From: Candidatus Eiseniibacteriota bacterium
Lineage (GTDB): Bacteria > Eisenbacteria > RBG-16-71-46 > SZUA-252
Direction of reading: 5' to 3'
DNA: 53,825 nucleotides
Assembly (NCBI GenBank): GCA_038060295.1
Contig: JBBTHR010000034.1
Span: forward strand, 1 to 53,825
A model generated the notes under the pieces. It did no database searches. It was not told the DNA's origin and saw nothing but the letters and a program-made list of their open reading frames with translations. The position numbers were made by a program, and so were the translations under genes. Shown piece by piece: positions 15,988 through 25,500 of the stretch (position 1 is the stretch's first letter; each line of letters starts with the position of its first letter).

Positions 15988-16077
15988 TCGAACCGACGCT
16001 AGCACGCCACGGTTAACCCCTCAAGAATGAACTCTTTCCGCTTGTCGCCCCCGGTCCATTCCGGGTACCGTTCCGCC

Positions 16078-16719
16078 GTGCATTTTCTCGAGCAGATCCT
16101 CGCGCCGCTGTCGGCCTTCATCCTCTCCACGATCTCCGTCCTCGGCTACGGCGGAATCGTCCTCTGCATGGCCATCGAGAGCGCCTGCATCCCGCTCCCG
16201 AGCGAGATCATCATGCCCTTCTCCGGCTATCTCGTGACGACCGGGCGCTTCACGCTCTGGGGCGTTACGCTCGCCGGGGCCGTCGGGAATGTGCTCGGAT
16301 CGTGGGTCGCCTACTGGGCCGGAATGAAATTCGGACGAGCCGCGGCGGAGGGCCTGGCCCGCCTGAGGCTCATCCGTATCGAGGAGTACGACCGCGCCGA
16401 GCGCTGGCTGCAGAAGCACGGATTACAGGTGGCGTTTTGGACGCGGCTGCTTCCGATCGTCCGCACCTTCGTGTCGCTCCCCGCCGGGGCCGCTCGCGTC
16501 CCCTTCTGGCGCTTCACCCTCTACACGTTCCTCGGCTCCCTTTTCTGGTCGCTCGCGCTCGCCTACGTCGGCGTCCTCTTCCGCGAAAACTGGGAAAAAA
16601 TCAAAACCTTCTGGCACGGTTTCGACCTGGTCGTCGTCGTGGGCCTCCTCGTCCTCTTCATCCTCTTCCTCCGACAGCACTTCCGCGGCCAGAACCCCGG
16701 TACGCGTCGGGCTGGTTGA
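16078..16719 (+). CDS. dedA: DedA family membrane protein
   Basis: AIESACIPLPSEIIMPFSG and TRLLPIVRTFVSLPAG; probable GTG start at 16078. Confidence 0.92.
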   Translation: MHFLEQILAPLSAFILSTISVLGYGGIVLCMAIESACIPLPSEIIMPFSGYLVTTGRFTLWGVTLAGAVGNVLGSWVAYWAGMKFGRAAAEGLARLRLIRIEEYDRAERWLQKHGLQVAFWTRLLPIVRTFVSLPAGAARVPFWRFTLYTFLGSLFWSLALAYVGVLFRENWEKIKTFWHGFDLVVVVGLLVLFILFLRQHFRGQNPGTRRAG

Positions 16720-16744
16720 CCGGCCGCGGCGCCCATGCTAATTT
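16716..16744 (+). promoter_or_regulatory. sigma70 promoter of the tRNA pair
   Basis: TTGACC, 17-nt spacer, TAATTT with extended TG, 11 nt before tRNA-Gln. Confidence 0.7.
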
Positions 16745-16755
16745 TTTCAGCCCGT

Positions 16756-16829
16756 TGGGGGATCGTCCAGTGGTAGGACACGTGGCTCTGGACCACGGTA
16801 CAGGGGTTCGAATCCTCTTCCCCCAGCCA
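16756..16829 (+). tRNA. tRNA-Gln(CTG)
   Basis: Acceptor stem TGGGGGA/TCCCCCA, anticodon arm CGTGG-CT-CTG-GA-CCACG, GGTTCGAATCC, encoded CCA. Confidence 0.97.
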
Positions 16830-16860
16830 ACTTAACGATCCGCGAGTGGAAGCCGGATGG

Positions 16861-16935
16861 GGCGCTATCGTCTAGGGGTCAGGACGGATGGTTCTCAGCC
16901 ATCAAACCGGGGTTCGATTCCCCGTAGCGCTACCA
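16861..16935 (+). tRNA. tRNA-Glu(CTC)
   Basis: Acceptor stem GGCGCTA/TAGCGCT, anticodon arm GATGG-TT-CTC-AG-CCATC, GGTTCGATTCC, encoded CCA. Confidence 0.97.
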
Positions 16936-16979
16936 ACCGGCTTCCCCCATTTCCCCATCCAACCCGGTCGAATCCCGCG

Positions 16980-17006
16980 GAACCCGACGAACCCGACGAA
17001 CCCGAC
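16980..17006. repeat. 9-bp tandem repeat (GAACCCGAC)x3
   Basis: Read directly between tRNA-Glu and the SD of the M16 gene. Confidence 0.85.
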
Positions 17007-17024
17007 ACGGAAAGGATCCATCTC

Positions 17025-19823
17025 ATGACGTCTCGCCACGGCTTCGCCGCCGGCGCGGTGGCTTTGCTGTCGCTGCTCGGCTTCCTGCTCGCTCCGGCGC
17101 CCGCGTCCGCGCAGCCGCGCGAGGCGCTGCGCCGGGAGCGCTCCCATCCCACGAACGTCGAGCGCGTCGATTCGCTGGGCGGGATCGCCGAATTCCGACT
17201 TCGCTCGAACGGGATGAACGTCCTTCTGGTGCCGAACCGGAGCGTTCCCGTCGTCACCTTCCTCGTCGTCTACCACGTCGGTTCGAGGAACGAATGGCCG
17301 GGCGCCACCGGTTCCGCGCACCTCCTGGAGCACCTCCTCTTCAACAAGAGCACGAGGAACTTCGGAAAGGCGAACGGGAAGAAGACCTTTCAGGAGGTGC
17401 TCTACGAAGCCGGGGCCGATTTCGGCTCCTCCAACATGACGACCTGGAACGACCGGATGACCGGCTACTCCACGCTCCCCTCCGACAAGCTCGAGCTCGC
17501 GATGAAGATCGAGGCCGACCGGCTGGGTCGCGCGCTCCTGCTCGACTCCGAGCGGCAGCCGGAAATGTCGGTGGTCCGGAACGAGTACGAGATCGGCGAG
17601 AACAACCCCTACGGCGCACTCGACAAGGCCGTCGTCGGCGCGTCGGTCACGGCGCACCCCTATCACTGGGACACGATCGGCTACCGGAGCGACATCGAGG
17701 GCGTCTCGACGGAGACCCTGCGCGAGCACTATCGCCGCTACTTCCATCCCGACAACGCAACCGCGATCGTGGTGGGCGACTTCGATCGCGCGACGGCGCT
17801 GCGCCTCTTCGATCGTGAATTCGGCGCGTTCCCGCGCTCCACGGAGCCGATCCCCCGGGTGATCACCGTCGAGCCGCCGCAGGAGGGCGAGCGCCGCGTC
17901 GTCGTGAGGCGGCCCGGCACGTTTGGCATCGTCCAGATCGCCTACCTCCGCCCCGGCTCGCTTCACCCTGACTTTCTCCCGCTGGAGCTTCTCCAGATGA
18001 TCCTGGCGTCAGGCGTGAACTCGCGGCTCTACCAGAGCCTGGTGGAGAAGCAGCTGGCGACCGAGATCGACGCATGGAACTACACGCTGGCCGATCCGTA
18101 TCCCTTCTCCGTCCAGGCCACCGTGGCGCCGACCTCGTCGCACGAGGCGGTCGAAGCCGCCCTGAAGTCGGCGCTCGCCGCCGTGGCGCGCGACGGGGTC
18201 TCGGCGGACGAGTTGAAACGCGCGAAGAAGAAACTGGAGGTCGCGACCGTGCGTGGCCGTGACGGAACCTACGAGCTCGCCTCCTCGCTGGGCGAGGCGG
18301 TCGCCTCCGCGAACTGGATGTGGTTCGTGTCGTACGTCGACGGACTCAGAAAGACCACCGCGGACGACGTGAAGCGGGTGGCGGCGACCTATTTTCAACC
18401 CGACAAGGCGACCGTCGGCTGGTACGTCCCGCAGCGGGAGGAGGCGAGCGCGCCGCCCGCGAAGGAACCCCCCAAGGCGAAGGGCAAGGCGAAGTCGAAA
18501 CGCGCGGGCGCGGGGGGCGCGGCCGACACGGAAGATCTGGCCGACGCGGCGCGGTTCGCCGCGCGCACGGTGCGGGAGGAGTTGCCGAACGGACTCGTCG
18601 TCCAGGTGCTGGCGAACCGAACGCTTCCGACCGTTGCCATCCACGGCATCATTCTCGCGGGGCGGGTCCACGCCCCCGCGGGCCGGCCGTCCGTCCCCGC
18701 GCTGGTGGCGAAGATGGTGACGCGTGGTGCCGGAGGGCGCGACAAGCGCGAGATCGCCGCGCACCTCGACGACGCGGGAGCCCGTCTCGCGATCTTCCCG
18801 GACTTGCTGGACATCGGGATCGTCGGGTCGGGCCTGGCGCGCGACCTGCGCCTCCTGCTCGAGACGATCGCGGACGACGTGATTCGACCGACCCTCGCGC
18901 CGGACGAACTGGCGAAGGCGAAGGAGGAACTCCGCGCCGAGGTCTTGAGGAGCGACGACGACACCGCCCAGCGCGCGTCCGACCGGCTTTCGCGCCTCAT
19001 CTACCCCGCGGGACATCCCTACGCGGCTCCGACCCGCGACGCGATGACGGCGAGCCTCGACGCCGCGACGGTCGCGAGCCTCCGCGCCTATCACGCCGAG
19101 CGCTACGTCGGTTCGGGGACCGTCCTCTCCATCGTCGGCGACGTCGATCCGCGGGAGGCGATCGCGCTCGTCGCGTCGCTATTCGCGGACATGCCGCGGG
19201 GCGCCAGGCCGGCGGCGGCGCCGCCGCGCACGGAGCCGGGAAGCGCGCAGGAAGTGGTGGAGACGATGCCCGGCAAGGCGAACGCCAATTTCACCATCGG
19301 ACACTCGAGCGGACTCGCGCGTCGAGATCCCGACTTCGAGGCGGCGCTCATCGCGAACGCCGCGCTGGGACAGTCGGGGCTGACGTCCCGCGTGGGGAAA
19401 CGGGTGCGCGACGTGGAGGGCCTCTCCTATTCGATCAATTCGCGGTTCTTCTGGACCGACGCGATCGACGGAGCGTGGGCCCTCGTCGCCGCCGTGGCGC
19501 CGCAGAACGCCGCGAAGGCGATCCGCTCGTCCCGCGAGGTGATCGCGCAGTACGTGCGCGACGGGATCGGCGCGGAGGAGGTGGAGACGCAGAAGAGCTT
19601 CTTCGCCGGCAATTTCCAGGTCCGCCTCGGCACGAACACGGGCGTCGCCACGCAGCTGACCTACGCCGAGAAGTTTGGATTCGGAGCGAAGTATCTGGAC
19701 GAGTATCCCGCGCGGTTTCGCGCGGTGACGCGGGAAGAGGTGGACGCGGCGATCCGGAAGCATCTCCACCCGGATCGGATGCACGTCGTCGTCGCGGGCG
19801 ATCTCCGCGACGTGCCGAAGTAG
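17025..19823 (+). CDS. M16 (pitrilysin/insulinase) zinc peptidase, exported, two halves fused
   Basis: Signal peptide; GSRNE...GSAHLLEH (HxxEH); VVRNE; second half ELPNGL...RVRDVEGLSYS; K/A/P-rich linker. Confidence 0.92.
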   Translation: MTSRHGFAAGAVALLSLLGFLLAPAPASAQPREALRRERSHPTNVERVDSLGGIAEFRLRSNGMNVLLVPNRSVPVVTFLVVYHVGSRNEWPGATGSAHLLEHLLFNKSTRNFGKANGKKTFQEVLYEAGADFGSSNMTTWNDRMTGYSTLPSDKLELAMKIEADRLGRALLLDSERQPEMSVVRNEYEIGENNPYGALDKAVVGASVTAHPYHWDTIGYRSDIEGVSTETLREHYRRYFHPDNATAIVVGDFDRATALRLFDREFGAFPRSTEPIPRVITVEPPQEGERRVVVRRPGTFGIVQIAYLRPGSLHPDFLPLELLQMILASGVNSRLYQSLVEKQLATEIDAWNYTLADPYPFSVQATVAPTSSHEAVEAALKSALAAVARDGVSADELKRAKKKLEVATVRGRDGTYELASSLGEAVASANWMWFVSYVDGLRKTTADDVKRVAATYFQPDKATVGWYVPQREEASAPPAKEPPKAKGKAKSKRAGAGGAADTEDLADAARFAARTVREELPNGLVVQVLANRTLPTVAIHGIILAGRVHAPAGRPSVPALVAKMVTRGAGGRDKREIAAHLDDAGARLAIFPDLLDIGIVGSGLARDLRLLLETIADDVIRPTLAPDELAKAKEELRAEVLRSDDDTAQRASDRLSRLIYPAGHPYAAPTRDAMTASLDAATVASLRAYHAERYVGSGTVLSIVGDVDPREAIALVASLFADMPRGARPAAAPPRTEPGSAQEVVETMPGKANANFTIGHSSGLARRDPDFEAALIANAALGQSGLTSRVGKRVRDVEGLSYSINSRFFWTDAIDGAWALVAAVAPQNAAKAIRSSREVIAQYVRDGIGAEEVETQKSFFAGNFQVRLGTNTGVATQLTYAEKFGFGAKYLDEYPARFRAVTREEVDAAIRKHLHPDRMHVVVAGDLRDVPK

Positions 19824-19831
19824 CCGATCCG

Positions 19832-21016
19832 CTACTCGGGGTGCTCCGGGTCGAGGGGAAACGGAGCGCCCTTCCGGGCGGCGAATCGCTCCCGCGCGCG
19901 GAGGAGTGCATCGCTCATTCGGCTCCGGTAGGCCTCGCGGGAAAAGTGAAGCGAGCGCCGCCGGAGTTCCTCGGAATCGAACGTGAGCCGTTCGAACGCC
20001 GTGAGCGCCGCGTCGAGTCCGGCATCGGTCGGATCGTCGTAGAGGACGCCGCACTCCGGCGTCACGACCTCCGACGCTCCACCCTTCGCCAGCGCCACGA
20101 CCGGGCGTCCCGCCGCCAGCGCTTCGACCGGAGCGATCCCGAAATCCTCCTCGTGCGCCTGGATGAGCGCCCGGCAGTCACGATAGGCCGCGCGCAGCGC
20201 CTCGGCCGAGAGCCAGCCGTCGAAGCGCACTCCCGAGCCGGCCAGCGCGCGCAGGCGGCCCTCATCGGGCCCGGTGCCGACGATCCTCAGCGGAACCCCT
20301 CGCGCGGCGCAGACGCGAATGGCGCGCTCCACGCCCTTGTACGGGACGAGCGCGGAGACGACGAGATACGGTGAGTCCTTGGCAGCCGGAGCATTCGCCG
20401 GGGTGAACGCGGCGGTATCGACCGGCGGATGGATCACGAGCGAACGGCGCCGGTAGTGCTTCGCGATTCGGTCTCGCACGTGTTCCGAGTCGGCGATGAA
20501 GAGATCGACGCGGTCGGCGCTGACGCGGTCCCAGAGCCGGTAGTAGTGCCCCAGGAGCGGCGCCGTGGCGCGAGAGACGGCGTTCCCCTTCCCCGGGCCG
20601 AAATACTCGGAGTAGAGGTCCCAGAAATAACGGACGGGCGTGAAACAGTAGCAGACGTGGAGCGTGTCGGCGCGCGTCACGGCCCCCTTCGCGACGCAGT
20701 GGCTCGTGGAGACGACGAGATCGTAGGCACTCAGGTCGAACGATTCGATCGCCAGCGGAAAGAAGGGGGCGTACCAGCGATAGTGTTTCCGCCCACCCGG
20801 GAGGCGCGCGATCCACGATTCGACGACGCGGCGCCCCTCGATGACCGGGGCCACCGTCCCCTTCTGGTGGACGAGCGTGTAGAGGTCGGCGGACGGGAAC
20901 ATCTCCGCCAGCACCTCGAGGCACTTCTCGCCCCCGCGCATCCCCGTCAGCCAGTCGTGAACGAGCGCGACGCGAAGTCCCTTCAGCGCGGGAGGGAGGC
21001 CGTCCGTGGCGCTCAC
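19832..21016 (-). CDS. Glycosyltransferase family 4 (GT-B)
   Basis: VALVHDWLTGMRGGEK, ALVPYKG, EDFGIAPVEALAAGRPV. Confidence 0.92.
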   Translation of the reverse strand: MSATDGLPPALKGLRVALVHDWLTGMRGGEKCLEVLAEMFPSADLYTLVHQKGTVAPVIEGRRVVESWIARLPGGRKHYRWYAPFFPLAIESFDLSAYDLVVSTSHCVAKGAVTRADTLHVCYCFTPVRYFWDLYSEYFGPGKGNAVSRATAPLLGHYYRLWDRVSADRVDLFIADSEHVRDRIAKHYRRRSLVIHPPVDTAAFTPANAPAAKDSPYLVVSALVPYKGVERAIRVCAARGVPLRIVGTGPDEGRLRALAGSGVRFDGWLSAEALRAAYRDCRALIQAHEEDFGIAPVEALAAGRPVVALAKGGASEVVTPECGVLYDDPTDAGLDAALTAFERLTFDSEELRRRSLHFSREAYRSRMSDALLRARERFAARKGAPFPLDPEHPE

Positions 21017-21023
21017 GCGGAGA

Positions 21024-22508
21024 TCAGGAGGCCGCCGCCGGCGACGCGCTCTCGAGCCGGTCGGCCATGTCGCGGAGACGGCGCACGGTCCGCTCCCGCC
21101 CGAGGAGCATGATGACGTCGAAGATCCCGGGGCTCACCTTCTTCCCGGTCAGAGCGATGCGCGCCGGCATGACCAGGTCCCCGAACTTCACGCCCACTTC
21201 CGTGGCGAGCGCGCGCGCCGCCTGATCGAGCGGATCGTGCTCGAACGCGACGCCTCCCTCCAGAAGCTCGGCGAAGCGGCGTAGCCTCCCCGCGGCGCCA
21301 GCCTTCGCCTGGAGTTCGGCCCAGGGGCCCGGCTCCGGCTCCACGCGCTCGACGAAGAGATAGGCGGCGTAGTCGAGGAAGTGCTGCGGGCGTTTCATCC
21401 GGTCCCCCACCGCCGCGACGGCCCGCTCCAGATACGGGCGATCGGCGTACGCCTCGGGAGGGAGCGCGTTCGTCTCGCGCAGATGCACGGCGACCATCTC
21501 GGCGCGCGTCTCCAGCGGAAGCGCGCGGAAGTACTCCCCGTTCATCCAGTCGAGTTTCTCGTAGTTGAAGATGGCGGGGTTCTTCGAGACCCGCTCCAGG
21601 GTGAAGGCCTTCGCCAGTTCCTCCATGGTGAAGATCTCCCGCTCGCCGTCGTACGCCCAGCCCAGAAGCGCCATGAAATTGACGAGCGCCTCGGGGAGGT
21701 AGCCCGCGTCGCGGAACTCCGTCACCGCCTGGGCGCCGTGCCGTTTGGAGAGCCGCGTGCCGTCGGGGCCGAGGATCATCGGCACGTGCCCGAAGATCGG
21801 CGGCGTGAGGCCGAGGGCGTCGTAGAGACAGAGCTGGCGCGGCGTGTTCGAGATGTGGTCGTCGCCGCGGATGACGTGCGTGATCTCCATGGCGGCGTCG
21901 TCCACCACCGCCGCGAAGTTGTAGGTCGGGTGCCGGTCGGCGCGGAAGATCACCAGATCGTCCAGGGTCGCGTTCTGGAACGTCACGTCGCCCCGGACGG
22001 CGTCGGGCCACGTCGTGCCGCCGTCGTCGGGCATGCGGTAGCGGATCGCGTGGGGTTCCCCCTTCGCGGCGCGCGCGTCGGCCTCGCCCGGCGGGAGCGC
22101 CAGGCAGGCGCGATCGTACTTGGGCGGCTCTCCCCGCCCGAGCGCCGCCTCCCGCCGCCGCTTCAGTTCCTCGGGATGGCAGAAGCAGCGATACGCCTTC
22201 CCCTCCGCCAGGAGCCGTCGTGCGGCGTCGGCGTAGCCCGGGAGCCGCTCGCTCTGGAAGTAAGGGCCGTGCGTGCCGCCGGCGTCGGGCCCTTCGTCCC
22301 ACTGGAGCCCCAGCCACCGGAGCCCGTCGAAGATCGCCCCGACCGATTCCTGCGTGGAGCGCTCGCGGTCGGTGTCCTCGATGCGGAGCACGAACGTCCC
22401 GCCGTGGTGGCGGGCGAAAAGATAGTTGAACAACGCGGTGCGCGCGCCGCCGACGTGAAGATATCCCGTCGGGCTCGGCGCGAAGCGCACGCGGACCGGT
22501 CCGCTCAT
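21024..22508 (-). CDS. gltX: Glutamate--tRNA ligase
   Basis: VRFAPSPTGYLHVGG, LRIEDTD, CFC...YDRAC zinc site, RLSKRHG. Confidence 0.97.
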   Translation of the reverse strand: MSGPVRVRFAPSPTGYLHVGGARTALFNYLFARHHGGTFVLRIEDTDRERSTQESVGAIFDGLRWLGLQWDEGPDAGGTHGPYFQSERLPGYADAARRLLAEGKAYRCFCHPEELKRRREAALGRGEPPKYDRACLALPPGEADARAAKGEPHAIRYRMPDDGGTTWPDAVRGDVTFQNATLDDLVIFRADRHPTYNFAAVVDDAAMEITHVIRGDDHISNTPRQLCLYDALGLTPPIFGHVPMILGPDGTRLSKRHGAQAVTEFRDAGYLPEALVNFMALLGWAYDGEREIFTMEELAKAFTLERVSKNPAIFNYEKLDWMNGEYFRALPLETRAEMVAVHLRETNALPPEAYADRPYLERAVAAVGDRMKRPQHFLDYAAYLFVERVEPEPGPWAELQAKAGAAGRLRRFAELLEGGVAFEHDPLDQAARALATEVGVKFGDLVMPARIALTGKKVSPGIFDVIMLLGRERTVRRLRDMADRLESASPAAAS

Positions 22509-22578
22509 GAACACTCCTCGAGAGAAGGAAGGAAAGGGTCGCGATGCCGCTCCGGAGCGGAATTCCCCGGCGCGAGAC

Positions 22579-25500
22579 TCAGCGAATCAGCGCCAGCTTT
22601 CGCGAAAGCGTCGCCGGGCCGATCTCCGCCCGCAGCAGGTAAACGCCCGACGCGAGCGTCCCGCCGCGGTCCGATCGGCCGTCCCAGCGGACCTCATGAT
22701 AGCCGGGATCGAGCCGCCGGGAAACCAGCGTCGCCACCAGGCGGCCCGCCACGTCGAAGACCCGGAGCCGCACCTCGGCGCGTTCCGGCCCCGGCACGGC
22801 GAAGCCGATCACCGTCGAGGGGTTGAAAGGATTCGGCCGGTTCTGCCCAAGCCAGGGGCGCGCGGGCGGCGCGGGAGCTGGCGCCGGGGCCGGGGGCGGA
22901 TCGGCGTGGGTCAGGATCGGGAAGGTCATGAGCCCCGTGTGCCAGTTGTCGTGGCGCCACATCGGCCACGGGGCGCCAAGCGGCGAGAAGAACCCAGGGT
23001 AGCGCCAGACGTGAAGCTTTCGGTCCCACCCCGCCAGCGCGATCTCGGTCGCCCCGTCGCCGTCCAAGTCCCAGACCGCGGGCGTGCTCCGCGCCTCGGC
23101 CCCGATCTCGATCGGGAAACCGCTGACGGCGGTGCCGTCGGAGCCGTAGGCGTAGAGCCGCCGATCTTCGGCAGCGACGAGGATCTCGGGAACGCCGTCG
23201 CCGTCGAGGTCGGCCACAGCGGGACTTGCCTCGGTGGCGGCGCCGAAGGAGAGCGAGGCGAAACCGGCGAGAAGCGCGCCGGAAGGATCGTAGGCGCGGA
23301 CCGAGCCGTCCGCGCCGGCGATCACGACGTGAAGCGTCGGATCGCCCAGGTTGGAGCGGAGTCGAGCCAGCGCCGCCGACGGCGCGCGACCGTTGCCGGT
23401 GGTGAGTTCGAGCGGTTGCGGCCAGCCGGGCGCGCGCGAACCCGCAGCGGTCAGGACGTAGACGCTGTCGTTCGTGGAGGCCATCACGATCTCGCGCGCG
23501 CCTCCCGCCACGACGTCGCCGATCGCCGGCGAGGAGCTGAAGGCACCAGTCGCGAGGAACGGCCAGCCGGCCATGACGCCGTCGTGATGCATCACGTAGA
23601 CGCGCGACCCCGAGGTGCCGAAGACGATCTCGCGGACGTTGTCTCCGTCCAGATCGGCGATTGCCGGCGAGGAGATGACCGTGCCCGAGGGGAGGAAGAG
23701 GATGCCGTCTGTCGAGGCGTTGGCGTCGCCGTCCCGCACCTCGGTTCCGTCGGCGTGCCACGCGTAGAGCCTGGAGGAGTTCGATCCGATCACGATGTCA
23801 GGCCCGCCGTCTCCGTCGATGTCGCCGATGGCCGGCGACGACCAGAACGGCGCGGCCCCTCTCTTCGGCCACCCCGGAAGGAGCGAGCCGTCGAGGCGAA
23901 AGACGGCCACGAGGGAGTCGTTCCAGGAAGCCGCCACGATCTCCGGCGTGCCGTCGAGGTCAATGTCGGCGATGGCCGGCGACGACGCGATGTTGTGGAG
24001 GAGCGTCGAGAAGATCCCGGTGGTGACGGGATTCGCGTCGCCGTCCCTCACCTCGGTGCCGTCGGCGTGGAAGGCGTAGAGGTAGTCGGCCCCGACGACC
24101 AACTCCAGGCGCCCGTCGCCGTCCAGATCCCCGATGCAGACGTTCGAGGAGGTGGGCTGGCCGAACTCGGCCGGCCACCCGATCGCCGCGGGCGGTGTCG
24201 TGCTCGCCATGATCGGCGCCGAGAGCGCGCCCTCGTTGCCGCTCGAATCGACGGCCGTCACCGCATAGCGGTAGCGCCTGAGAAGTGCTAGCCCCGCGTC
24301 CTCGAACTCCGGAATCGCGCGGATCGGCGCGGCCGTGACGCGGACCAGAGGCGATCCGTCGTCGAACGCGCGATAGACGTGGTAGCCGAGAAGCCCCGTC
24401 TGCGGAGCCGCCGTCCAGCCGAGCGAGAGCCGGCTCGACGACGACGACGTGACATGGAGCCCCGCGGGGGCACCGGGAAGGCCGCCGCGCGCGACGGAGA
24501 CGATCGAGGCGTGGTCACGGGTGTCGAGAAGATGGAGGTCGAAGAGCCTTCCCGCGACGGGGGCGGCGAGCGCGAAGCGGATCGGGGCGGATGCGGCGGC
24601 CGACGATCCGGGGGCCACATCACCCACGGTCGCGACCGAATCGAGAAGGGTCACGCCGGGAGCCGGCGTGCGCGCGCGAATCGTCACGCCGCGCGCGGCT
24701 CCCGTCCCCTCGTTCGCGATCGTCCACGACCAGTCGGAGGTCTCCCCCGCTTCCGGAATCCCGTCGCCGTCGCCGGGGGCCGTGTCGGCGAGCGTGGAAC
24801 TAGCAAGGAGGAGCGCCGGGGCGGCGATCTCGACGGCGATGAGGAACGTGTCGGCCCGCGAGGCGTCGCGCGCGATCAGCCGGACCTGCCCGGAGCGCGG
24901 CGCGTTCGGCGACGAGGAGGCAAGGAGGCGGAGCGACGAGGGAACCGCCGCGCTCCCACCAGCCGCGATCGCGGCGAGCGCCGCCGTACCCTGCTCCACG
25001 ACGAGACCTCCGCTCAGCGCCTCGATTTCGATCGTGACCGGATCCCCGGTAGAACCCGTCCCCGTGTTCTCCAGCGTCCCTGAGAACCCGAATCGCTCCC
25101 CCGCGTCGGCCCGGCCATCGCCGTCGCCGTACGCCGAATCGTCGTTCGAAAGGGAAGCGAACCGGAAATGAGCCGCGGAGGCGGCGCCGACCTGCAGCGT
25201 GTCCTCGAAGGCGATGGCGTTCGCGCCGGACACGGTGAGGGAGAACGGCCCGACCGATGCGGGAAGGAATGGAACCCAGGCCTGTCCGGCGGCGTCGGTG
25301 TAGACCGCGCGGAAATCCTCCCCCGCCTTCAGCGCCACGACGAGCGCCGATTCCACCGGCGCTCCCCCGGACGAGACGGAGACGGCGAGACCGCCGGCCC
25401 CGAGCGGGACGGTCGAGGGGCGGGTGACCGAGAGTGTCTCCGGCTGGCAGCCCCAGACGCGAAGCGTCGGATCGCCGAGGAGAATCGTCTCGAAATAGCC

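Noticed and set aside
16980-17006. Possible CRISPR repeat
   Set aside because: 9-bp unit with no spacers and no cas genes.
16857-17024. N-terminal extension of the M16 ORF
   Set aside because: Overlaps tRNA-Glu; the real start is the SD-led ATG at 17025 followed by a signal peptide.
16756-17024. tRNA as an integration site for an island
   Set aside because: No integrase, no duplicated tRNA 3' end noticed, and flanking genes are housekeeping with similar composition.
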